Shown piece by piece: positions 40,104 through 51,695 of a stretch of DNA of 64,000 nucleotides (positions are counted from its first letter, which is position 1; every line of letters starts with the position of its first letter). The stretch covers positions 1-64,000 of the forward strand of contig QPMI01000169.1 in assembly GCA_004431415.1 (NCBI GenBank), in the 5' to 3' direction. A model generated the notes under the pieces. That model saw nothing but the letters and a program-made list of their open reading frames with translations. It searched no databases and had not been told where the DNA came from. A program made the position numbers and the translations under genes. Origin of the DNA: Cyanophora paradoxa CCMP329 (taxonomy: Eukaryota > Plantae > Glaucophyta).

Positions 40104-42173
40104 CTAGCTGTCGAGGAAGATGGAGTTTGGGCGGACGGCGGTAGAGGCTTCGCGGGCCACCTCCTCCGCCCACCCCGCCGGCAGCGGCGGGTACCTGCCC
40201 CAAGCTGATCATTGAAGCCGCCGGCGGCGGGCGGGCGGGGCGGGGCGGGGCGGGCGCACTGGATGGAGTGGAGGGTGAGGCCGTGTGCGGGGGCGGAGGG
40301 CCCCCCGAGCGTGTCCCGGCAGTCCGCCTGCGCGCGCGGGGCGGGGGTGAGGAGGAGGGGGTGGCGGGTGAGGTGCGGGGGGACGGGCGGGCCTTGGAGA
40401 GGGAGGAGCGGAGGAGGCGGGCGGGCTCGTCGGGGGGCCGGCGCCCCCGGGCGACCTCGGCGGCGAGGCCGACCATGTTCCGCACCTGCCGGTACATGAA
40501 CCCTGCCCCCCAGCGCGCCACGGTCAGCGTCGGGCCGAGACCCCTCGCGCTCCGCTCGCCCGCACCGTTGCCCTCGACGTCGACGCGGAGGAGGGTGCCG
40601 GGCGGCTCGGCGGCCCCCGACCACCACTCCCCGACCTGCTCCGCCACGCCCCGCTCCTCCCGCACCACCTCGCACCGGAACACCGTCCGCACCGTCCCCG
40701 CCTTCGCCCACTTCTCCGTCCCCGGCACCAGCGGCGCCTTCCCCTCTGCCCCCCCCGCCCGGCCCTCAGGGGCAGCGGCGGGGGGCGGGGTGGAGCGCGG
40801 CGCACCGGCCGTGCGGTCGGGGATGGCCCCGCCGGACTTCAGGAGGGCGCGGTTGTCTGCACGCCCCGGCGGGCTGAGCGGGCGGGCGGGCAGGAGCGCT
40901 AGCGCAGTGGGGCGGGGACCGCGGTGGACGTTGGTGAAGGAGATGAAGTCGTGGGTGCCGACGTACTGCGCGCACGCAGCCTCGAAGAGCCCCGCGTCGA
41001 ACGACCGCCTGCGCCCGCCCCGCCCGCTGCCCGTCAGCGGCCGGCCGCCGGCAGGCCTCGGCAGCGCTCCGGGGCCGCGGCGCGCCAGTGCGGGTGCTGC
41101 CACGCGTAGAAGCGGTCGGCCGGCCGCAGGACTGGCCCCAGGAAGATCTGGTACCGGTACACTGACCCCCCGCGCCCCGTCAGCGCCCCGCCCGGGGGCC
41201 CGGGCCGGGTCGGGGCGGGAGGGGGCGCGCCCTTGCGCATGGCGCTGTACTGGGCGTGGAAGTTCATCGGCACCCGCTCCGCCGCGATCACCTTGATGTC
41301 CTGCGCGTTTAACCGCCCGCTCGCCCGCTCGCTCGCCCGGGGCGGGGCGGGGCGGGGCGGGGCGGGGCGGGGGCGCCGGCGGGAGGGTGTTGTTGATGGC
41401 GAGGCGGAAGCGGTCGGTGTTGAGGGGCCGGTGGTACAAGAAGTTCACCACCGAGCCGTTCGCGTGCACCCCGGAGTCCGTCCTGCCGCCCCGCCTCGCC
41501 GCGCGCGCGCCCGGCCTCGATGCGCGGGGCCGCGGGGCGCACCGGCCGGCGCCGACGAGCCAAAGGCTGCTCCCGAGCATCTTCTTCAGCGCTTTATCCA
41601 GCTCCTCTTGCACTGTGCGCAGGCTCGGCTGCGTCTGGAAGCCTTCGGCCGCAGGACCGTCGTCAGCGCGAGCTCCGGCGCGGCGTCTGCGCGAACGACG
41701 CACCCGCGAACTCGGTCCCATCGTATGCAACGACCATTCTGTAGTTGTGCGTGAACTTCTTGACTGCCTCCTCGTCCGGAGGCGGCCCTGCCGCCGCGCC
41801 CACGTCCAGATCTACGGTGCGCCCGTTTCGATCGCCCGGCGCGCGTCCTTTGGCGGTTAGATCTCGTACCTTCATCCATTGCCGCACGTGTCACGGTGAT
41901 CGCCTGTCGCCTCGGGGCGCTCGCCGGGCCGAGCCAGTGCTTCGAGCTCGACGCCGGTCGCCCGCAGAGGAACTGGAGCTGTGTGCGCGGCCTCTGAGCC
42001 GCGAAAGGGACGAAGCTATTGCCTCCCGTGCGTGAGCACGCAGCCACGTCCGCGCGCGTCGCCGGCCGGCGCTGGACCCTCGGCAACCTGCGCGACAATC
42101 GGCGGGGTCGCTTGGAAACGGCAGCGGCGCGGCACCTCAGCACTACGGGAACCGCAAACGCGCTCCGGCGCAT
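40104..42173 (-). CDS. truA: tRNA pseudouridine synthase TruA/Pus3 family, with organellar-type N-terminal extension
   Basis: VVAYDGTEFAGFQTQP, AGRTDSGVHANG (catalytic Asp), GTHDFISFT, GNGFMYRQVRNMVG, APAHGLTL. Confidence 0.92.
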
Positions 42174-42414
42174 TGGGCGCGATTGCCGGTCCAGCTGACT
42201 CAGGCGGCTACGCTATTTATTCAGGTGCACACGAACCGAAGCTAGCTTACGAGCGGGGCTGCTGAGGACGGTCAGAAAGGCCTCTTTAGGCCACCCACAG
42301 CCCGCAGAACGCACGTGAAGCTCTATCGGCAGTTGGCTATCGGCTGACTAGCGATGTATGTCGGGCCGTGGCAGGAGTTTACACTAGCCCGAATACTTCA
42401 GAAAGCAGCTAAAG

Positions 42415-43740
42415 ATGCAGCGCTACAGCAGCGGCATGCTGCGAACGACACCATCAGCGTGGCAGTGCGCCACCTTCCGCCCCAAGCGCTCTTTAGGCCC
42501 CGACTCCTGCCCTACTCGCCTCCAAACTGCTGAACCGCGCCTCTGCAGAGCGACCGGCCGCCGTCCGTGGCCTCCAGCAACCGGTCGTCGACGATCGTCG
42601 CTCGGCCTGTCACCGCGAACCCCGGCTCCCTCTCCAGCGTGCTGAATGTGCTGTTGCCGCCGGCTATCTCGGACATCTACAGGCACCGATCCGCCCCGTC
42701 GACGCTGCGCGGCCCGAAGAAGCGCGGGCCGCGTTCTGGAAAGGACGCGGCGAAGGCGCACATCGCGAAGCTGCGGGAGAACTGGCTGGGGAGCGACGGC
42801 GGCTCGACGATGGCGGCCTCGGAGTCGAGCCGCGCCTCGGAGGCCGGCTCCTCCTCCACCTACGCCTTGAGCCCGCACGGCGAGGGCCATGGCCAGCCCG
42901 GCAGCGGCGCCCTCCCGCCCCTGCCCCCGGCCGCCCTCCAGCACCAGCACATCTACGCCCACGCCTACCCGCACCCGCCGTACCCCCAGCCGCCGCCGCC
43001 GCAGCACTTCCCATCCGACCCGCGCGACCCGCCCCGCAACCTCTCCGCCGTCCTCTACGGGCAGCCGCCCGCCGGCGCCCCTCCCCTCGCCCCCGCCCCT
43101 CCCCCGTACCCGTACCCGTACCCCTACCCGGCCCCGCCCCACGCCCCGCCACCTCAGCACGGCCCCGCCCCTGGAGCACCCAACGCGCCGCCCGCCCCGC
43201 CCGCACACTATCCGTACCCCTACCCTTACCCTTACCCACCTCCGCCGTATCCCTACCCCTACCCAGCACCCCCTCCTGGAGCGAAGCATCCGCATCCTGT
43301 CTCGCCCGCGCCAGCGGCCCCCGCGCCGCAGGCTCCGTATCCGGTCGCGGCGCCTGCTCCCGCGCCCCCACCGGCGCCGGCCGTGCCGCCCTGGCAGCCG
43401 CTTGACCGCTCGCTGGGAGGTGCGCCGCGCTTGGCCTTGCTTCCGCGGCGCTCCTTTGACGCGGCGGCAGTTGTGGTGGAGGAGGCGGAGGGCGGGCGCC
43501 GCTCCCCGCCGAAGACGCCGCAGCGGGGCGCGCCGCGGGCCGGCCTGCTCGCGCCGCCCGCGCACCAGCGGCCGCCGGGCTCGTCGGGCGGCCGCTCCGT
43601 CGACGGCTCCGAGATGGAAGACGAGGTCGACCGGTGCGTCGCCCATCGCCTGCCCGCCCCCGCGGCTCTCCCTGGCGCGAGCCCGGCGGCGCAGGCTCGT
43701 CAGCTGGACCCGCGGCCTCGACATGCCCGACGACCTGTAA
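42415..43740 (+). CDS. Hypothetical Pro/Tyr-rich protein
   Basis: Long exon with (YP)n and polyPro; last exon ...EDEVDR|LVSWTRGLDMPDDL*. Confidence 0.55.
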
Positions 43741-43905
43741 CTAAGCGCCCCTCGTCGGCGGCGCGGCGGCCCCACGCCCTAGGGGTCGGCCCGCGCTCAG
43801 TCGAGCCTGCTGAATCGAATCTTGATCTGCAAACTGCACGCACAGGGATACAAAAACACGGAAGGAGGGGGGAACTGGGAAAGGGGCGGAAGCTTGAGGA
43901 GAGGG

Positions 43906-45897
43906 CTAGTAGATGCCCGGGAACATAATGTAGGGGACCTGCGGGCCGGGGGCTCGGGTCAGCAGAGCGTACGTGACGTGAGAGCGCGCGCGAAGCACGG
44001 CGGGCCTCCTTGCAGTACTGGTCCCAGACCTGCGCGGCGGTCAGGGCAGAAGCGGAGGGGCCGGGGGGTACAGAGGGCGCGCCTTGCCGTACTTCTCCTT
44101 GCAGCGCTTCTCGTCGCGCCAGTTGCGGTGGATGAGGAGCGTGAAGAGGTACATCGGGTACACGTACGGCTGCCGGCCGCCTCGCACGAGGGCGGGGCGG
44201 GGCCGGGGGGCGGGGGGCGGGGCGCGCCACCCAGGACTGGAGGCGGCAGGGGACGCTGTAGGAGACGGCCAGGATGACGTCCCCCGTGTAGTTCATGTGC
44301 CGCGCCACGCCTGCCGCGCCGCCCGCTCCGGTCCCGCCCGGGAGGCCGGCGGGGCGGGGCGGGCGGGGCGCGGACCCCAGAAGCCGGAGGCGAGGAGCTT
44401 GCCGCCGACGAGGCGGGGCTTGATGCCAAAGAAGGAGGCCTGCGGGGAGTGCTTGAAGCGGTGCTTCTGCGAGTTGCAGCCGCGGAAGATCACGTAGCCC
44501 GTCGCAAAGAGCCCTGCCATCGCCGCCATCTGCGGCCCCGACAGCCGCCCCGCCGCCGGGTCCACCAGGTACCACCCCTGCCCCAGGCATTCAGGGTCCG
44601 GTGTTGCGGGCCTGCCGCCCCGGCGCGGAGATTGGCGGGCGGGCGGGCCTGGATGCTGAACACGAAGGGGATGAACACGATGTCGCCCCACTGCGCCCTG
44701 GCGTGAGCGGGACGGGGCGCCGGGCACGCGCCGGGCGGCGGGCGGCGGCGGGCGCACGATGAGCATGAGGCCAAAGCTGAGGGGGTGCCGGGGGCGCGGG
44801 GGTCGGGGGCGGGGGCGGAGGGCGGGGCGGGGGCGGGCCGGCGCACTGCTCGGCGATGATGTCCCAGGTGGAGGTCATGTACGGCTCGAAGAAGAAGTAG
44901 TCCAGCGTGTACAGGAACGTGAAGCACTGCGGCGCCGCCCGCGTCGACACCGGCGCGACGCGGCGCCGGGGCGCGGGGGCGGCAGCAGGGGGCAGCGCAC
45001 CTGGTAGAGGATCATGGCGTTGGAGAGCTCGCCGTGCAGAGCGTACTGCTTGCTCGCGATTGACCAGTTGATCAGGATCCAAAGCATCATCGAGGGGCGG
45101 AGCCAGAAGAACTGCGGCGCGCCGGCGGTCAGCCCGGCGGCTGCGGCGCGGGGCGGCGCGAGAGGGGCGGCCCGGCCCGGCGCGCCTTCACGTCGATGCC
45201 GAAGAGTTCCGGGTTGAGCTCCACGCCGTTCCAGTAGTCCTCGAGCGCGTTGCCCCCGAGGAAGCCGTGCTTGCGCTGCGCATGCGACCGCCGCGGCTGA
45301 GACGAGGAGGCGGCCGCGCGAGAGGAGCGCACCTTGCCGGCGATGCACGCCTTGACGTAGAGCACAGTCGCAAGTCCGACGGCGGCCAGGTTCGCGACGA
45401 TGAGGAACTGCGTGTAGCGGTCGTGCAGCAGCGTCGGGTCCACGACGCCGTACTTCGAGGCGGCGGCCAGGGATGCCAATAGACAGAGGAAGAGTAGCAG
45501 GCCTGCGCGAAGTCGCAACATCAGGCTGCGCCCGCGCGCGCGGATCGGATGAGCGGGCTGCGGACCATTGCACTTGTAGTGCTTCCGCGTGCCGTCGGCC
45601 AGCAGCGTCCCTGGATAGGTCTTGCCAGGCAGAACGATGCCCATCAGCGCCAGTCCGACAACATAGAGCGCGAAGACCCCGAACTGCGGCAATCGTCACG
45701 CGCGCGCGCGCCAGCGCTGCGACGTGCGCGGCGCGCACATCATGCGCCGTCGGTAGAGGGATGCGCTTGAAGAACGCTGTCGCCACCTCGACCAACGTTG
45801 CGGTCGGCGGCGGATCCACAATTCGGACAAGCTCCCGGCTGGTGTAGTACGCTCCCGCGGCTATCGCCGGGACGCACTGCCACCGCGGGAGACCCAT
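43906..45897 (-). CDS. ERG24: Delta14-sterol reductase (ERG24/FACKEL; ERG4/ERG24 family)
   Basis: YKCNG, GVELNPELFGIDVKFFWLRP, YMTSTWDIIAE-FGLMLIWGDIVFIPFVFSIQGWYL, NSQKHRFK, LLASGFWGVARHMNYTGD, RDEKRCKEKYG, VPYIMFPGIY*. Confidence 0.93.
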
Positions 45898-46275
45898 TCT
45901 GTGTGTCGCGCTAGCCTGACTTCTAGATCTCGATCCCAAGCTGCCCAGCGCCGACCCCCAAGCCACCCGCGATCAAATCTGACCAAGTCGGTTTTCCTGT
46001 TCCCAATTTGGTTGGGAAATTTGGCCAGCACTTTTCTCACGCACGGTCGAGTTGCATAGAGCTAGCCTGGATGCTAGAACCTCCAAGAAACCAGCAAGTG
46101 ACAGTAACATTGGGAACCCGACAAGCATCCTCAAGCAGCGTGTGCACCCGTGCAAGGCGGATATAGAGTAGCTGCTTGTTTCGTTAAGCATCGAGAACAA
46201 GCTTCGAGGACCATCTAGTTACTCCGCTCCGGTTCGGGCCTCCCGCGAACCGGGGCTGTTGGGTCTAGCGACCGG

Positions 46276-46908
46276 TCATTTACAGCATCTCGACCTCGGC
46301 GATCTCCTGTGGATCGCGTTTGAGCGCTGGAAACAGAGGCAAGGAGAAAGAAAGCGAACCTCCGCCTCGAACGACATCTCGTCGACGTACTCCACGCAGG
46401 CGCCCTCCTCAGAGAAGAGCTGGGTCTCGGCTGCGGATAGGAAGGTAAAAACCAAGCGATGATAGAGACGTTTGAGCGAAGAAAAAAGCAAGGCACGAAC
46501 CATCGACCTGGTCGTAAGCCGGGACGAGGTTCGACACGAACGGGCAGTCCGGCTTCGGGGGCGGGACAAGCGGGGTCATGTCCGGCTTCGAGACAACGAC
46601 GCCGATCGAGTCGCTGTCAACGCAGTCGAAGGGGAGGGCCGAGTCTGGTCAAGTGAAGGGAATCGACGGTCAGCCGTCGGGTTTCGCAGAATTCGGTCAC
46701 GGAAATCTGTGCACCGTAGTCCTTCTCCCAGACGCCCGGCGCGGGCTTGGGGGGGATCTGGCAGTCGCCCGAGGTGCCGATAACGCCCAGAACGAAGCGG
46801 GTTGCGCCGGCCTGCGCAGCCGCCGCGGGTGAGCACGATTGCAACCGTTGACAAATGTAACGCCGGATGAACTGGGGTGTAACGGTCTCTAAAAGCGAGC
46901 ATAGGCAT
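46276..46908 (-). CDS. Possible small Cys-containing hypothetical protein
   Basis: Exon-like segments (FVLGVIGTSGDCQIPPKPAPGVWEKDYG, LPFDCVDSDSIGVVV, ETQLFSEEGACVEYVDEMSFEAE). No recognised family. Confidence 0.35.
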
Positions 46909-47563
46909 GAACTAGAGGGAAATTGAGATGCTATGCCGGCCAGCGAGGTCGGTTAGGGCGACCGTTAGTCGGCCCTAGTTCGCGGTTGGGCGTCCCGCGG
47001 TCGAATTCCGGCCTCCAAAAGCGTCCTACTACAATCCTGGCCTGCTTTGGAACTCACATCGAAGACCGAGAGGCGGTCGATGTCCGCGAGGCGGACCGAC
47101 GGGGTCGTCGAGGCCTGGGCGTCGCTGCACGGAATCATCACAAAATGCCATGAGAATCTCCGCTATGCTGCGAAACCGCACCTGATGGGGAGGGCGGCCA
47201 TCTTTTAGTGTCTTGGGCTTCTACGACTGGGTACCCAGCTGGATGAGGATGTACCCGTTTTGACGTAGCTCCGTACTAGCTCGAGTCGCCGGCAGCCATA
47301 CAGCCAGATCTCGAGTCCAAATCCTCCAGGCTCTCGGCTCTAGGCTCGCTGCAGCTCGCTGCGGTTGTCCCCCGCGCCCGCGGCCGTCTGTCACCGAAGC
47401 TACACCCGTCTCGCTCGACGCCCTGCCTTGTGGACGCACACCGCCGGAAGCTGAGGTCCGGGCGGCGCCGCGCTTGTACGAGCGGCCGTAGCTCGCGCGG
47501 CCGCTGCGGGCCGTGCTGTTCGCCGGCACGCGGACGAGCGCACGGCAAGGGCAAGCGGAGCGA

Positions 47564-49780
47564 ATGCAGCAACGACAAGCCAACGGGTCAGCCTCGCTTT
47601 TAGATCGGGACCAATTAAGGAGCGACGCCCGAGAGGCTCCTGGCAGTTCGAGTGAGTTGTGCTCTAGCTGCGCTCGTGCAGCGGTAATCGTCGTTGGCTT
47701 ATCGCGCGTTCAGAGACCGGCTTCGCAAACGATGAAGGCCTTGGGTCGGACGAGCCCCCGCTGCAACTGCCGCTCGGCGTGGCCTCGGCGACCTAGTGCG
47801 CACCCTTGTACCTGCTGTGCCTTCCTATGACTTAGCTCAGCGCTGAGCTTTCCTCCGCAGCGCCATATGCTTCGTTCAGGGGCTTTTCGCGGCAAGTCAC
47901 GTCGTCGTGCAGTACTTCAGTGCGAATTTCCAACGACGTGTAGTCCCTGCACCGCTGAACGCGTTGAGCAGTGAAGGACAACCTCGACCTGTCTCCGGTA
48001 CAAAATCAAGTCGTCACCTTCGTCTCCATTTGGCCGTGGGCCTTCAAGGTCGTCTACGGAGTGGTATCGGACTCGGTGCCGATTTTAGGTCTGTGATACC
48101 TGCATCCCTCTTTGCCCGTCTCCTCTCAACTTAGAGGGACAGGCTATCGAAGGGTACCGTACCTTATTGGAGCTGCCATACTAGCCTCCCTCTCTTGGGC
48201 ATCGCTAGCCGGTGTGGAGATTTTCGGGTTCGTCTTGTTTGTTGCTGTCCTCCTCAAGAGGACGTGAATGTTTCCCATGTCTCATTCCATACAGACGTTG
48301 TGCTCCATGTGGCGTGGCGTTGTGCACCTTGTGTATATCTATCGGGCTTGCTGTGATCGATGTTCAGTGTGACGCCTCTGTCGTGCAAAAGGTCAGGGAA
48401 TGGGAATTTTGTGGTGCATTCTCTGATCAATGAATTGTCCAGGTCCAGGAATTAAAAGGCGATGCCGTCTTCGCAGCCAGCATTCAGAGCAGAATGGCTA
48501 TGGCAAGAACTTGCGGCGAGGTTACAGGTGATTCTATCCCAATCTGTTTCTTAATTTCGCGTTCAATGTCCTTCCTTGCAGGCCTGTCAGGAGGCCCTTT
48601 CTTGTTCCAGTTGATTGGAGCTCATCGGTTCTTCATTGTCTCAGCAGCATGTGCTCTCTTGCACGTCGCTTCTGCACTCTTTCTTCAAGAGCAACCGGTG
48701 TGTGCTCTCCTGAAATTGGACATGGCTCCAGCTGCAAGCCACCAGGTTGACCTTAGCGCGACCCCCAGGTTGACCCTGCCATCAAATCTCTCTCACACCT
48801 TGGAAAAGGACGATTCAAAGCTGTGGCAGCAACACTGAAGGAGATGCGGCTATGGAAGCCCGCCCTCTTGGTTCTTATGATGGGCATGGCTCCTGCAGCA
48901 GGAACCGCCATCTTCTTCTTTTTAATCAACCAGCTGCTGTTTACCCCCTTTCAAATATCATTTGTTGCCATATACAAGTGTGCTCTGGTCCTACTGGCCT
49001 TCTTCCTCTACAGGCGGTTCCTCAGAACATCCAGCTTCAGACTCGTCTTTCTGCTTGCAGCGTTCACTGCTGCCATCCTTCGCTCGCTGCAGTTCATTGT
49101 GATTTCAAGGGTTCGCTTGCTTCTTTGCTGCTGATTCTCTGGAAGTGCTAATCGTACCCAGGTGAACGAAGGCATGTTGCCAGACTCGCTGTTCGTGATT
49201 GCTGACACTGGGACGTTGACGGGAAGTATGCAAATTGCACTCATGCCGATAATCAGCAGAGCCGCAGCAGGTCATTGTCCCCAGTCTCCAGCACCCCATA
49301 CATACATATGCTGACGTCCAGACAGGATGCCCTCGTGGCATTGAGGGCACTGTGATCTCTCTATTGTCCGCCACTGTGAACATCGCGAACATCCTCTCCG
49401 AGTTTTTCGGCATTGCCCTTTCAGAGGTCATCGGCATTGATGACAAGCCAACCTCGAAAAGTGTCTGGCTCCTGCTCTCTATCTCCATAATCACTAGTCT
49501 TCTCCCTACCGTACTTGTGAACTTCGAAACGTTCCAGCTTCCAGCCCTGGTTCCTGGTCCCGACCCGACACCCATGACCCCCCCTTCCCTTCGATCACTC
49601 CGGCACCTACGATCATTCTCTGAGCGGTCTGTGGCTATCGCTCTTTACGACTCTGGTCAGCCACCTCCACTCCCATCCCTTCCACTCCCATCCCTTCCAA
49701 CGGCAGAGTCTTCCAAGAGCAGTGAACATAGAACTAGGTGGCAGGCAGTGCAGGCAGGTAGTGGCTTTGTTGCCAGTTGA
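47564..49780 (+). CDS. Folate-biopterin transporter (BT1/FBT, MFS)
   Basis: Spliced YAICFVQG...QYFMKDNLDLSP, IWPWAFKVVYGVVSDS, GYRRVPYL, DVQCDASVV, CPRGIEGTVISLL. The start is approximate. Confidence 0.85.
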
Positions 49781-50021
49781 CCGAGATTGGCTGCTTGCTT
49801 TAGATCTGTGCGTATTGACAAATCATTCAAATGTCAGTGCTTTGATAGGGGCCCTGGTGCACCATTATATTGCACTGCAGCTTCGAATTCAAGCTTTAGG
49901 CTTCTAATTTCGAATTAAATTCTGGAGCTCTGCATACGGCCCTCAAGATGCCGCAGTGCCAAGAGACAAGCTCGCGCTAGCACTAGTACTAGCAAAGATG
50001 CGAGGCCTCTGTGCGTTGCTG

Positions 50022-51210
50022 TCACCTCTGCTTTTTGTTGGAGTCCTTCCCGCTCTTCCCGTCCTTGTAAGCAATCTGCTTGCCGCATCGCCCCACGTCA
50101 ATATTCGCTAGCAAATCGCCTGCAAAATGAAGCACCTTGAAGAACTTCATAAAAAGGAATATTAGGCCCACAACGTATGCCTCCACCACAGCGAGGGCCA
50201 GCAGGGCACTGCCGCAAGCAGGCTCAGTTCCAAGTACCGGTTCTCTTGGAATAAGGAGAGACGACGGTACCTTGTATCTTGCCGGAAACTCGCAAGGAAA
50301 AAGTATGGAACTGTGGCGCCAATCCCAGTGATGAACTGCGTGATCTGCACGAGAATGCGGAGTGTCAGAAATTCTCCGGCTCAATTACTGGATCGCCCTC
50401 CTTTCGCGCCCTCCCCACTGCAGAGCTGGAGCTCGCCCCGTTGCACCTGCAGCAGTGTGATGTACCGCTTCACGATGTTCGTCAGAACGACGAGGGGCTT
50501 CGGGAGGATTCCTCGCATGGCGGTCAACATGTAGTAGAGATACATGATCGTGTGAACGCCTGAGTTGTAGACCACGAAGACCCAATATCCTGTCGACCTG
50601 TATTTCACTCCAAGTCCCATAGTAATCACAGCTCCGATGTGGTGATACACCTGTTATCGATCAGCAAACCTTGCCAAGGTAACACGCTCAGCGGCTGACT
50701 AAGTATACGGACCTGCAAAGTATACGTGAAGCCGCCGCCCTTGCCTTGCAGGAGCAGGATCCACGTATCGAAGAACTCGTAGTATCTATCGGCGTTTGTA
50801 AAGCCGAACTCATGCGCACACCAGCGACACGCGGCGTACTTTGAGATATAGAAGACCCAAGCGAGGTAGGCCAGCTCAGAGTAATGCAGCAGATACGGGT
50901 GCGTGTAGATCTTGCTGGGCGCAGCGCACATAACCAGCATCGACCGGTAGAACGTCCTGCGCGATACCGACCAGCGTCACCGCGAATACGCAAGCGCTCG
51001 AGCTCCGTTATAATATGTGCAAGCGCACCAGCCAGAGTAGGCGCAGAGAGCAGCGTTATGAATAACGATAAGTGGTTTGAGGATTTTCGGCTCCCCCGCG
51101 TCGGCGCGCCGACGGCCGAGAAAAGTGTTGATCGACAGATACACCAAGCATCCCGCGGCCAGCTCCAGCCAAGTCACCTCTGGAATCGGATAGAGCGCCG
51201 CCTTTTCCAT
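50022..51210 (-). CDS. ELO/GNS1/SUR4 fatty-acid elongase with variant QxxHH box
   Basis: HNAAL, FYISK-YYEFFDT, LQ|VYHH (intron 50651-50712), NSGVHTIMYLYY, KRYITLLQ, C-terminal KKQR* ER-retrieval motif. Confidence 0.92.
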
Positions 51211-51695
51211 AACGCCCCTGTACCGCTGCTCTTGTCGCCCCCAGCTTGTGCGTGCCTGCGGCCGGAGCCGCCGGGCCAGGCTACGAGCACGAGGCTCTGC
51301 CGCTATATAGCGCACAGGATCAGCGCTACCCGTGCAGGACGTGTCGATGAACTGAACCGGTGGTGTTTGATGGTCGGCGAGTGTCTACCCCCCGTACAAG
51401 CCTGGCGGCCGCCGGGCCGACGATCAAGCCGCCCCGTCACCGGGCCTGTTAACGTCGCGCAGATCGCGGCGCGTTCGAGGCGCATGTTCAGCGCACCCCG
51501 AGCCGGCCTTCTAGAGAAGCCCTTGACCCTGAACTTGGCCCTGAACCTAGCGGCGGTCGCGCCCGACCTGGCTGAACAGCGGCCAGGCAGAGCAGCCGGA
51601 CAGGTTGATTGATGAAACGGGGGGGCGGAAGGTGGCGAAGGCGAGAGGGGACAGGGCAGGGCAGCGAGGAGGAGCGTCAGGGAGGGGTCGGACTG

